Position numbers and translations under genes: made by a program | Shown here: piece by piece, positions 30,873 through 39,650 of the stretch | Position numbering within the stretch: the stretch's first letter is position 1 | How the letters are laid out: each line of letters starts with the position of its first letter | NCBI GenBank assembly: GCA_018992685.1 | Contig: JACVGT010000009.1 | Coordinates: forward strand, 36,247 to 100,246 | From: Theionarchaea archaeon | Lineage (GTDB): Archaea; Methanobacteriota_B; Thermococci; Methanofastidiosales; SZ-28-30 | Reading direction: 5' to 3' | Length of the DNA: 64,000 nt | Notes under the pieces: generated by a model | The model's database searches: none | Told to the model about the DNA's origin: nothing | What the model saw: the letters and a program-made list of their open reading frames with translations, nothing else

Positions 30873-30995
30873 CTAGCCAGGGCTCCCACCGCTTGAGTCT
30901 CCTGCACCGCATGACTGGTTTCTTTGAATTGTATTCGATGACTCAAAGGGAATTACATTCAATGGTTCAAAGGGCCAACCTTTCAGAAAGTTCAT
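30873..30995 (-). CDS. 40-aa peptide with Cys/Gly-rich tail (peptide 2)
   Basis: GAGGTGA RBS; MNFLKGWPFEPLNVIPFESSNTIQRNQSCGAGDSSGGSPG; stop directly abuts the regulator 2 stop. Confidence 0.7.
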   Translation of the reverse strand: MNFLKGWPFEPLNVIPFESSNTIQRNQSCGAGDSSGGSPG

Positions 30996-31244
30996 ACATC
31001 TTCACCTCTCTTGTATTTTGCAGAACTGATTAAAAATGTTTGGGTAGTTACTGCTTAAGAATGTTAAAATGAAATGTGCAAATCTGTTCTGTCTGTAATT
31101 GGATGGAGACTTCTTGAATAATGCTTATTGTCGATAGAATGAGTATGACACGGAGGGGTCATTCTACTATCGACAAGAATACTCAAGAAAAGTTTATATA
31201 ATAGTACTTGCTCATACTATACATGATACGGAGGTGCATTCAAG

Positions 31245-31469
31245 ATGGTTAGTCAGTTAGAATTAGTTCTTATACTTACCATTATGTCTGCTATAATTGT
31301 AACGCTGATTTTTGAATATTGTTGGGAAAAAATCCCAACAATTAGAGTCAGAACAATAAAAACACGCCTCACGATGAAACAACTGGTTCTAATTGGAATC
31401 TTAGCAGTAATTGTATGTTTCATCTTTTGGTATCTAATTTTCTCTCCTTCTCTTTCATTTCAATTTTGA
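31245..31469 (+). CDS. Small 2-TM membrane protein (cargo)
   Basis: TTTATATA promoter, GGAGGTG RBS, two hydrophobic helices. Confidence 0.6.
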   Translation: MVSQLELVLILTIMSAIIVTLIFEYCWEKIPTIRVRTIKTRLTMKQLVLIGILAVIVCFIFWYLIFSPSLSFQF

Positions 31470-31722
31470 TCCAAGGTATTTCTATTTCTGGTGGTTCTAT
31501 TCCGAAAAAAGACGTGCTAAATATCTTGCCAAGCACAAACATTATTAGAACCGTTGTAATTACAGTACAAAAGAATGCACAATGGAAGAAGATAAGCGAT
31601 TCTCCTTTCCATACCATAATCGCTAATGTTGCACCGTAAAAGAGGATGTAGAATATAAGAAATTCTACTCGCCATTTTTTCGATATTGCCTTGAATGATT
31701 CTATTAGTTCTTTCTTATTCAT
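31420..31722 (-). CDS. Small 2-TM membrane protein (cargo)
   Basis: GGAGGTGA RBS; two hydrophobic helices; converges on and overlaps the previous gene. Confidence 0.65.
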   Translation of the reverse strand: MNKKELIESFKAISKKWRVEFLIFYILFYGATLAIMVWKGESLIFFHCAFFCTVITTVLIMFVLGKIFSTSFFGIEPPEIEIPWIKIEMKEKERKLDTKR

Positions 31723-31798
31723 TATATCACCTCCTATGAATTTTAATTTAGATATGCAAAATGAATATTAGCAAAAAAAGGGTGAGAATCCCCATAGG

Positions 31799-31831
31799 GT
31801 GTGCAGTAATTTTCTACATTCGGAACTACTG
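31799..31831 (-). repeat. Right terminal inverted repeat
   Basis: GTGTGCAGTAATTTTCTACATTCGGAACTACTG, exact reverse complement of the left TIR. Confidence 0.95.
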
Positions 31832-32130
31832 TATCAATACGAGTCTATTTACTTCCCGGTCATTTGAGTCATGCGTGAGCATTGCGGGAACTGATGATAT
31901 CATACTCCTCATTGAGGACGGAGTATATGCAGTACTCAGTGATGTGATTCAACACGCTCAACAAAAGGACATCACGTTGTATGCATTGAAAGCGGACCTG
32001 GAGGCCAGAGGCATTCAGACTCATCTCCCTGTTGTAGACTATGGTGGGTTCGTAGATTTGGTGGAGGAGCATGCTGTGGTAACCTGGAGGTGAACCCACA
32101 AGTATAAAATGATGAAGACCTGGTAAGAGT

Positions 32131-33684
32131 ATGCTTTCACTCTCCTCCATGGATGGCTACAGGACAGGAACCTTCACCTGGAACAAGAAAACAGCACCAA
32201 TTCCTAACCTCCTTACTGTAAGAAATGATGTGGTATACCTTGATGACATTACTATTGAAAGGCCCACAGTGTACGAGAAGGAGGTGAAGACAGAGCTGAG
32301 GACTGCCTCGGTGCTGAGAATTCCCTACACTACACCAAGAAATGTTGCTCTACGATTTACCAGGAAGAATATCAGCCTTCTATCTTCGGGGGTTGAGGTA
32401 TATCCCTTGTACATTACGAAGTATGATACGCTAACGACCGATTTCCTCTCCAAGATTCCTTTCCATCACGTATTTTTTGTATTCTGCCCGGAAGAGAGGA
32501 GACTTCTCCGCACACTCTTCTATGTGCGGAACGCCTATCCCCGTTCTCTCCTCTATACATTAGCTGAACCTGAAGAAATACCCGTCCTCCTCACAGCAGG
32601 TGTAGATCTTTTCAACTACACAGTAGAAAATGAAGAGGCACTCCGCCGGGTTCTGGAGAATCCCACCAAGGAATACCTCGAAAAAGAATGCAATTCAACC
32701 GTGAGGACAAAAAGACTGCTTCGACTGTTATACAGAGAGTTCTATGAAAGTATTGAAAAGTATACCGCATTCAAAAGAAAGAAAGAGCTGTACATTTCAG
32801 AGGATGCTTTGTATAGGCCTGAAGTCAGGAGGTTTCGCCAGAGAGTCAGAGAGCGCTACACACCTCCTTCTCACGTTGTTGTGTTGTTCCCCTGTTCTGC
32901 AAAGAAACCCTATTCTCAATCCCAATCTCACCGAAGACTCAGGACAGCCATCCCCAGGAATGGTGTCCTGACTGAACTCATACTCACTTCTCCCCTGGGA
33001 GTCGTCCCGAGAGAGCTGGAAGACTTTGCCAAGTATGATATACCTGTTACAGGCCACTGGTCTCATGAGGAAGTTATGGAGACTGCTTCTCTTCTCAATG
33101 ACATTTTGGCAAAGATACCACATCCAGTTGTGTATTCCCACGTATCCACTGCATACCAGCCCATTATAGAACAACTCCAGGTTCCTGTAATTGATACGGC
33201 AGAGGGCAACCCCCTCTCTGAACAGTCCTTGACTACCCTCGCCTCCCATCTTCAGGATCTGGACAGGACTCCCTTTCTGGAACGGAAAATGAGAGCCATC
33301 TCAAAATTCCTATTTCATGAAGATATTTTCCCCGGAAAGATCTCCGTGACCGGTAGAAGAACCAAACTCATTAGGTCGGACAAGGTGCTTGCCAGGTATT
33401 CTTCAGATCTCATTCTCGCCCAGGCAGGGGCTGAAAGGGTAACGACCTACTGCGTGACCGTAGATTTTGATTTGAGAGGGGATGTCTTCTGTCCGGGAGT
33501 CCTCTCCGCCTATTCTGGAGTTCGACCAGGGGATCAGGTTGTAATAAAAAGGATTATAAATGGAGAGCATGCAGTAGGTGTGGGTAGAGCAGTGCTCCCC
33601 GGATTTATGATGAGAAAAATGGACCGCGGAATGGCAGTCAAGGTGCACACGAGGTTTCACTATGCAGGAACGAATAACTGTTGA
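32131..33684 (+). CDS. arcS: Archaeosine synthase (ArcS/TgtA2-like, DUF5591 + PUA)
   Basis: PCSAKKPYSQSQSH, LTSPLGVVPRELE, YDIPVTGHW; C-terminal PUA. Confidence 0.85.
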   Translation: MLSLSSMDGYRTGTFTWNKKTAPIPNLLTVRNDVVYLDDITIERPTVYEKEVKTELRTASVLRIPYTTPRNVALRFTRKNISLLSSGVEVYPLYITKYDTLTTDFLSKIPFHHVFFVFCPEERRLLRTLFYVRNAYPRSLLYTLAEPEEIPVLLTAGVDLFNYTVENEEALRRVLENPTKEYLEKECNSTVRTKRLLRLLYREFYESIEKYTAFKRKKELYISEDALYRPEVRRFRQRVRERYTPPSHVVVLFPCSAKKPYSQSQSHRRLRTAIPRNGVLTELILTSPLGVVPRELEDFAKYDIPVTGHWSHEEVMETASLLNDILAKIPHPVVYSHVSTAYQPIIEQLQVPVIDTAEGNPLSEQSLTTLASHLQDLDRTPFLERKMRAISKFLFHEDIFPGKISVTGRRTKLIRSDKVLARYSSDLILAQAGAERVTTYCVTVDFDLRGDVFCPGVLSAYSGVRPGDQVVIKRIINGEHAVGVGRAVLPGFMMRKMDRGMAVKVHTRFHYAGTNNC

Positions 33685-34798
33685 TGGAAAGAAGATCGTC
33701 CTGGTGGGAACAGTCCATGTGTCTCCTGAATCGGTGGAAGAAGTACGTCATGCCATAGAGCAGGAAGACCCTGACACGGTGGGTGTGGAACTGTGCGAAA
33801 GGCGATATGAAATTCTCACCAAGAAAAAGCAGTGGGAAGAGCAGGACATTGTCAAGATTATCAAGGAGGGGAAGACCTATCTTTTTCTTGCCAATCTGCT
33901 CTTGAGTAATTTTCAAAAGAAAATGGGTGAAGAGGTAGGTTCTGAGCCAGGTGCAGAAATGGTTGAAGCAGTGAAGATTGCACAGGAACATGATATGCCG
34001 GTTGAATTGTTGGACAGGGACATCTCTATAACCTTAAAGAGGGCATGGAATACAATGGGAATCACGGAGAAGCTCAAATTGCTCTACGCGCTGCTGGCAG
34101 GGTTTTTTGTGGACACGGAGGACGTCCTCGAAGAGCTAAAAAACCAGGACGTTGTTACTGAGTTGATGGAGGAACTTGCCCAGCAGGCTCCAGGAGCAAA
34201 GAAGGCACTCATCGACGAGAGGGATCAGTATATTGCCTCAAAGATTCTGGAATCTGAAGGTAGTATGGTTGCAGTTGTTGGGGCAGGTCATCTTCAGGGC
34301 ATCAAATCCATGCTGCAACAGAAGAACATTTCTCGTGAGGGGCTGGAGGGTACACCTTCAGGGAGAAGCTGGTTCAAGATAATCGGGTATCTCATCCCAG
34401 TCATCTTTGCATCGATTGTGGGGTATTCATTTCTGCGGGGAGGAGTAGGCTTCACCTTGCATCTCTTATGGCTGTGGTTCCTCATCAATGGAACGCTGTC
34501 CGCCCTTGGTGCTGCACTGGCTCTGGGACATCCTTTGAGTATCGGCACTGCCTTTCTGGTAGCCCCCTTTACATCGTTGAATCCGACACTGGCTGCAGGG
34601 TGGTTTGCAGGTTTGGTTGAGGCATATGTGAGGAAACCAAAGGTTGCTGATTTTGAAGCACTTCGAGACACAAGCTCCTTCAAAGACCTCTACAGGAATC
34701 AAGTAACTCGCATCTTACTGGTCATTGCCTTTTCTAATATTGGGTCCACCATTGGAACAGTCTGGGCCCTTCCATACATGGCACAACTCCTGGGATAA
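33662..34798 (+). CDS. TraB/GumN (pheromone shutdown-like) protein with C-terminal TM domain
   Basis: VGTVHVS, VGVELC, LIDERD, VVGAGH, APFTSLNP..AAGW. Confidence 0.92.
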   Translation: MQERITVDGKKIVLVGTVHVSPESVEEVRHAIEQEDPDTVGVELCERRYEILTKKKQWEEQDIVKIIKEGKTYLFLANLLLSNFQKKMGEEVGSEPGAEMVEAVKIAQEHDMPVELLDRDISITLKRAWNTMGITEKLKLLYALLAGFFVDTEDVLEELKNQDVVTELMEELAQQAPGAKKALIDERDQYIASKILESEGSMVAVVGAGHLQGIKSMLQQKNISREGLEGTPSGRSWFKIIGYLIPVIFASIVGYSFLRGGVGFTLHLLWLWFLINGTLSALGAALALGHPLSIGTAFLVAPFTSLNPTLAAGWFAGLVEAYVRKPKVADFEALRDTSSFKDLYRNQVTRILLVIAFSNIGSTIGTVWALPYMAQLLG

Positions 34799-35069
34799 AT
34801 ACCTGAATTATCCACTATGCGGGTCCTTGCAGACGATAAATGGCCCCGTAACGCAATCAAATGGTTATTAATCCGCCAGACAGGTACTCTATTGGTTATT
34901 GCTTCTGACTTCTTTTGAGTAATCAGCAATAATGGAAGGTTCCTGATTTGTCAGCTTCTGTGCCACCTATGGAAAATCAGATGAAATGCACCAAAACCTT
35001 TATATCCATTAGGTTCAAAGAAGGAAAGGACCAACTCTGGGAGGACGGGAGTCCGACATAGGTGATGCA

Positions 35070-35762
35070 GTGAGAAGGATACGAACGCATGTAGAGGGAT
35101 TTGACGGGTGTATGGAAGGCGGTATCCCTGAAGGCCACATGGTTCTGGTTTGCGGCAGTGCGGGGACAATGAAAAGCACGCTTGCATACTACGTTTTGTA
35201 CCATGAAATACTGGAAGGTGATTACAATGGCCTCTACATTACGCTAGAGCAGAGCAAGAGCAATTTGCTCACTCACATGGAAGGAATGGGAATGAATTCC
35301 TCAGCAGTAGAGGGCAGACTCGATATACTGGATCTATCGCAGATGCGCAGGGAAATATTGACTGAGGGTCAGGATATGTGGATGGATTTCCTCTCTCACC
35401 TGATTCAACTTATACAGCGGGTAGAAAGCTGTAAACTGGTCGTCCTCGATTCTTTAAATGCATTATACTCTCTGGTGAATTTCCAGAATCCCAGAAACGA
35501 GCTCTTCCTGTTTTTTGAGAAATTCAGGGATCTGGGGACCACCACGTTCTTCATAGCAGAATCAGTCTCAGATGCCATTACGTGCGGTGAGTATGGATTG
35601 GAGGATTTTATGTGCGACGGAATCATTCGGTTGACCATGCGCAATCAGGGAGAAGGGTTCAGCCGATACATTCGATGTGTGAAAATGAGGAGTTCGCGAC
35701 TTGATACGAGCTTCTTCCCTTTGCTGGTGACAGAAACAGGCTTCAAGATTATTCAGAAGTAA
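35070..35762 (+). CDS. KaiC/RAD55-like RecA-superfamily ATPase
   Basis: GGIPEG, GSAGTMKS, LVVLDS, DGII.L, KMR. Confidence 0.9.
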   Translation: MRRIRTHVEGFDGCMEGGIPEGHMVLVCGSAGTMKSTLAYYVLYHEILEGDYNGLYITLEQSKSNLLTHMEGMGMNSSAVEGRLDILDLSQMRREILTEGQDMWMDFLSHLIQLIQRVESCKLVVLDSLNALYSLVNFQNPRNELFLFFEKFRDLGTTTFFIAESVSDAITCGEYGLEDFMCDGIIRLTMRNQGEGFSRYIRCVKMRSSRLDTSFFPLLVTETGFKIIQK

Positions 35763-36411
35763 CAACGTCTGGTTCTCCACAGAATATGGTAACGGATTCC
35801 ATTGCGTCGCTTTCCGTTTCACATTTCTCAAAAGTGGAAAAAATAGCAGTTTGAATATCTTCTACTTCCCTTATCTTGTAGTAGACAGGTCCAGAGGCCA
35901 GGTTCATGGCGGTAATGAGAAAGGCCAGCCTGTTCATCTTGGAATCAAACCCTATCACTTCAACGATAATGACTCTGTTGCTGGTCCGGATTCTAATGTC
36001 AATGGGCCACCCCAAATCCCCGTAGAACTCATTCAGTACCCGTTCCCAATCTGCCGGGTGCTCGTGGATTTTTTCGTCCAGATCAGATTGTTCTCTGAGA
36101 TATGAATACAGTGAGAAGAGCAGATACTGCTTGGGGGGCACCTGAATATCCTTGTTCTTGAGCAGCCAGTGCAGAATCTGTGAGGGGACCACAACTCCAT
36201 AATGGTCTTCAATGTACTGGTCTCGCCGGCTCTTCTTAATGAGGCGAGATTCCCTGAGCATGTCAATACTCCCGTACTTCTCCTGCAGGAGATCCATCAA
36301 TTCCACCAGTTCTCGAATGGCAGCAGAAAAATTGCCCTGGTGTTTCTTAATGAGAGGCTGCAGCATTTTCACATGTTTGTTGTCGAGTGCAACGTTCTTC
36401 CGGACTTCCAT
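35749..36411 (-). CDS. Hypothetical protein with N-terminal ribbon-helix-helix-like DNA-binding motif
   Basis: MEVRKNVALD...GNFSAAIRELV. Confidence 0.65.
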   Translation of the reverse strand: MEVRKNVALDNKHVKMLQPLIKKHQGNFSAAIRELVELMDLLQEKYGSIDMLRESRLIKKSRRDQYIEDHYGVVVPSQILHWLLKNKDIQVPPKQYLLFSLYSYLREQSDLDEKIHEHPADWERVLNEFYGDLGWPIDIRIRTSNRVIIVEVIGFDSKMNRLAFLITAMNLASGPVYYKIREVEDIQTAIFSTFEKCETESDAMESVTIFCGEPDVVTSE

Positions 36412-36453
36412 GCCACAGGGTGTGAATCCACACTTATAAAGGTTGCCATTTAA

Positions 36454-36488
36454 TCACACATATTCACACATATTCACACATTGTGTGA
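36454..36488. promoter_or_regulatory. Candidate operator: TCACACA direct repeats plus palindrome
   Basis: TCACACA-TAT-TCACACA-TAT-TCACACA-T-TGTGTGA between divergent genes. Confidence 0.55.
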
Positions 36489-36566
36489 TCGTCAGCAGAA
36501 AGGAAAAAGACAGGCTGCAAAGGCCTAAAGAGTAACGTTTAAAAGAACCTGGCAAAACACAACACG

Positions 36567-37205
36567 ATGAATATATCATTGATTATACCTGCTTATAATG
36601 AAGCCGAACACCTTCCTCGCATTCTTGCTGCCATCCCCCCGCTGGTTGGAGAGGTCATTGTTGTGGACGACGGTAGCTCAGATCAAACTGCAGATATTGC
36701 ACGCACTAATAGCGCTATTGTTGTTCAGCATCATGAGAACCAGGGAAAGGGAATGGCCATGGTTTCAGGAATTACTGCAGCATCAGGAGATGTTGTGGTA
36801 TTCATGGATGCCGATATGCAGCATCATCCTGAGGATATTGAACGGTTGGTGGCATTTATTGAGGATGGTTCTGCAGATCTAGTTATCGGAGTACGTACAC
36901 TGGGTTCGCGCAGTGACATGCCGCCTCAGAGACGGCTGACCAACTTTCTGGGAAATCTCCTGGTTTTCCTCAGAATCAGAAAGTGGATTTCTGACACTCA
37001 ATCTGGATTCAGGGCCATAAAGAAGGATTTTCTTGATAAAATGGTTTTCAAGAGCAAACGATATGAAATCGAAATTGAAATGCTGGTGTGGGCACATAGA
37101 CTGGATATGCGAATAAAAGAGGAACCCATAAAAGTTAAATACGCAGGAGAAAAATCTCACTGGAAAGTGAGAAATCTGTTTAGAGTCTTTAGGATTCTGT
37201 ATTAG
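36567..37205 (+). CDS. GT2 glycosyltransferase (dolichol-phosphate mannosyltransferase-like)
   Basis: IIPAYNEA, VVDDGSSD, DADMQH, DTQSGFR. Confidence 0.93.
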   Translation: MNISLIIPAYNEAEHLPRILAAIPPLVGEVIVVDDGSSDQTADIARTNSAIVVQHHENQGKGMAMVSGITAASGDVVVFMDADMQHHPEDIERLVAFIEDGSADLVIGVRTLGSRSDMPPQRRLTNFLGNLLVFLRIRKWISDTQSGFRAIKKDFLDKMVFKSKRYEIEIEMLVWAHRLDMRIKEEPIKVKYAGEKSHWKVRNLFRVFRILY

Positions 37206-37216
37206 GAGGTACTCTC

Positions 37217-38461
37217 ATGAAAATTCTGGAATACGTTGAAGCACATGAAAAATGGAGAGGTGAATGCATCAACCTCATAGCATCTGAGAACATGTCTTCC
37301 AAGACCATGGATAGAGCAGTGTGCTCTGGGTTCATGCACAAATATGCTGAAGGCTGGCCTGAGAACAGGTACTACCAGGGATGTTTCTACGTGGATAAGG
37401 CAGAACTGGAAGGTAATTCCTATTTTTATCAGCTGTTTGAGCCGGAATATGTGGATTTACGTCCTATTTCGGGAGCAACTGCCAATATTGCCATGTTCTT
37501 CGGGCTGACCCGGCCTGGTGATACGCTTATCAGTCTACATACCTCGAATGGAGGACACATCAGTCACGCCCAGTTTGGGGCTGCAGGTCTCCGGGGGCTG
37601 AACGTAATGACCTTTCCTTACGATGGCGAGGAAATGAATATTGATGTTGACAAGACTTGTGAGATGGTGAGGAAAGAATCTCCCCGGCTGATCGTTTTCG
37701 GAGCGTCTCTGTTCCTGTTCCCCCATCCTGTAGCCCAGGTGAAGGATGCTGCAGAAGAAGTGGGTGCAGTCATTGCGTATGATGCAGCTCATGTTCTGGG
37801 ACTGATTGCAGGGAAGAGATTCCAGGATCCTTTTGGAGAAGGAGCCAAGATTGTCACGTCCTCCACCCATAAGACCTTTCCTGGCCCCCAGGGGGGTGTC
37901 ATCATGATCAGAGGGTTGGCTCAGGAACAGGCAGCAAATTTCCAGTGGGCTACCTTCCCAGGAGTTGTGAGTAACCATCATCTGCATCACATGGCTGCCA
38001 AGGGGATAACGGCAGCAGAGATGCTGAAGTATGGGGAACAGTATGCCGAACAGATCCTCAGGAATGCAAAGGCACTGGCAGAGGCCCTTCATGAAGAAGG
38101 GTTTACTGTGGTGGCAGAACACAAAGGGTTCACCGAGTCACATCAGGTGGCTCTGGATTTCAAGGAGTTCATTGGGAAGTGGGCTGCACAGACGTTGGAA
38201 AAGGCCAACATCATAACCAACAAGAATTTACTGCCATGGGATCCTGTAGAAAACTCTGATAACCCTTCCGGGATGCGTCTGGGAACCCAGGAAATGACCC
38301 GGATGGGGATGAAAGAGTCAGAGATGAATTACATTGCTGAACTGTTCAGAAAGGTGATCTTGGACAAAGAAGATCCAGAATCAGTGAAAAAGGAAGTAAT
38401 AGAGTTCAGAAAGGATTACCAGAACGTCCTGTACAGCTTTGACCAGGACCAGCCTGAATGA
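37217..38461 (+). CDS. glyA: Serine hydroxymethyltransferase
   Basis: NLIASEN, YAEG.P..RYYQG, YDAAHVLGL, SSTHKTFPGPQGG. Confidence 0.97.
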   Translation: MKILEYVEAHEKWRGECINLIASENMSSKTMDRAVCSGFMHKYAEGWPENRYYQGCFYVDKAELEGNSYFYQLFEPEYVDLRPISGATANIAMFFGLTRPGDTLISLHTSNGGHISHAQFGAAGLRGLNVMTFPYDGEEMNIDVDKTCEMVRKESPRLIVFGASLFLFPHPVAQVKDAAEEVGAVIAYDAAHVLGLIAGKRFQDPFGEGAKIVTSSTHKTFPGPQGGVIMIRGLAQEQAANFQWATFPGVVSNHHLHHMAAKGITAAEMLKYGEQYAEQILRNAKALAEALHEEGFTVVAEHKGFTESHQVALDFKEFIGKWAAQTLEKANIITNKNLLPWDPVENSDNPSGMRLGTQEMTRMGMKESEMNYIAELFRKVILDKEDPESVKKEVIEFRKDYQNVLYSFDQDQPE

Positions 38462-38479
38462 GGAAACTGAAGTGGTTGC

Positions 38480-38635
38480 GTGAGGAGTGAAGAAGAGATC
38501 ATAGAGCATATAGCCATGATGAAAACTCGCGAAATTCCCACATGGGTGATACGAGACCGTCTCAACCATGATGCGATTCTGGACGATCTGCTCGACTTTG
38601 CCAAGTGGCTCCTGGAGATTGAGGACAAAGAGTAG
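38480..38635 (+). CDS. Small hypothetical protein (51 aa)
   Basis: Hand translation MRSEEEIIEHIAMMKTREIPTWVIRDRLNHDAILDDLLDFAKWLLEIEDKE; fills the gap after glyA. Confidence 0.5.
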   Translation: MRSEEEIIEHIAMMKTREIPTWVIRDRLNHDAILDDLLDFAKWLLEIEDKE

Positions 38636-38651
38636 AACACGCCTTCGCCCT

Positions 38652-39137
38652 TCAGCATTCCTGTGCTGCTCGTTCAAGCTGTTCTCTGGGCTGGAAATCT
38701 CCACATTTCCTCACACACAGTCGAATCTGGTCAACCCTTGACGGTTTTCTGCAGTGGAAGACGGGGCCATTGTTTCTATTTCCCCTCTTTTCTGCAAAAA
38801 TACACCCAAAATCAATCCTGCCGAAGTCGTCCTCCACCCTGACTGATTTTTCTTCCATGGTGCTCACTTCCACCAGGACTGAAGCCTCCAGAGCTTCAAT
38901 GCGGTGCTTAACACCTGGCTCGAACCTCAGTGTCTTCCCCGTTTCAAAGATATATTCTACATCCTCAATGATACAGTGAACCTTTCCATTGATGACAAAA
39001 AGGGTTTCCATTTTTTCTTCGTGATAATGGTAGGAGAGACGCCTGTTCTTCTCCACTTCCAGTACTTTTCCAGTGTAGAAACTTTCCTCAGCGAACGTGA
39101 TCTCCTTTCCCCAGGGTTTCTCCACGACACGCTGCAT
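38652..39137 (-). CDS. Cupin (mannose-6-P isomerase-like) with C-terminal 4-Cys extension
   Basis: VEKPWG, LSYHYH..K.ET, HRIEA, EVST, VRVEDDFGR. Confidence 0.85.
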   Translation of the reverse strand: MQRVVEKPWGKEITFAEESFYTGKVLEVEKNRRLSYHYHEEKMETLFVINGKVHCIIEDVEYIFETGKTLRFEPGVKHRIEALEASVLVEVSTMEEKSVRVEDDFGRIDFGCIFAEKRGNRNNGPVFHCRKPSRVDQIRLCVRKCGDFQPREQLERAAQEC

Positions 39138-39270
39138 GACTATTTTACCGTCATAAAATATATAAAGGTTTCTGTACTTGAAGGTGGATTTTCAGGGTGA
39201 AGAAGCGGTATCTTTTCCTTTTGGACAGAACCTTGATCTTTGTAAAGTACAATCAAACAGCAAAATGGAA

Positions 39271-39344
39271 CGGGCCGCGAGGGATTTGAACCCCCGACCC
39301 ACAGGTTAAGAGCCTGTTGCTCTACCAGACTGAGCTAGCGGCCC
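39271..39344 (-). tRNA. tRNA-Lys(CTT)
   Basis: GGGCCGC/GCGGCCC acceptor stem, TAGCTCAG..TGGTAGAGC D-arm, ACAGG-CT CTT AA-CCTGT anticodon arm, GGTTCAAATCC T-loop. Confidence 0.95.
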
Positions 39345-39650
39345 TTGAGGGTATTGCTCTCGTTCTATAAAAACCTTGTGGTTTCATCTTTCTTCTCCCG
39401 GGAAGGACTTTCTAGACTCAGAACTCATCATGAGTCCAGGAGCACTCTAGGTTCCCGTACAGGCAGGGGATTCCCCAGACGAGTGTGTCGAAGACAGCCC
39501 CTGAAGATTCTATCAGAAGGTCCCCAGCAAGAATTCTCCTGGAGTGAGAACAGAAATCGAAATACTGCTTCTCCTCAATGCAATCGGGCACTTCACACTC
39601 GAGGAACAGAAACTGCCAGGTACCATTAAAATGAGGGGGCAACGGACAAC

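Larger units (their letters stand above)
27361..31831. mobile_element. Non-autonomous TIR-bounded cargo element (ISH3-like CAGTA ends)
   Basis: Perfect 33-bp inverted repeats at 27361-27393 and 31799-31831; TATCA duplicated at 27356-27360 and 31832-31836; AT-rich interior; no transposase seen. Confidence 0.92.
27345..32093 (+). pseudogene. dsrH: dsrH/tusB interrupted by a 4.47-kb element
   Basis: Joining 27345-27360 to 31837-32093 gives MLFIINTSLF...ILLIEDGVY...YALKADLEARG...VDYGGFVDLV; GAGGTGA RBS before 27345. Confidence 0.9.

Noticed and set aside
27361-31831. Casposon or provirus
   Set aside because: No Cas1, PolB, integrase or capsid genes; short target duplication; not at a tRNA.
31761-32093. 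Intact stand-alone dsrH starting at 31761
   Set aside because: The first 24 codons come from the element end; the native start and RBS are at 27345.
38381-38704. Minus-strand ORFs 38381-38704 and 38416-38658, and the many antisense ORFs over long genes
   Set aside because: Shadow frames of well-supported genes, with no motifs or RBS.
39271-39344. tRNA-Lys as an integration site
   Set aside because: No duplicated tRNA 3' end or integrase seen in the window.
39418-39642. 74-aa ORF between tRNA-Lys and the DUF362 gene
   Set aside because: TTG start, no RBS, no recognisable motif.
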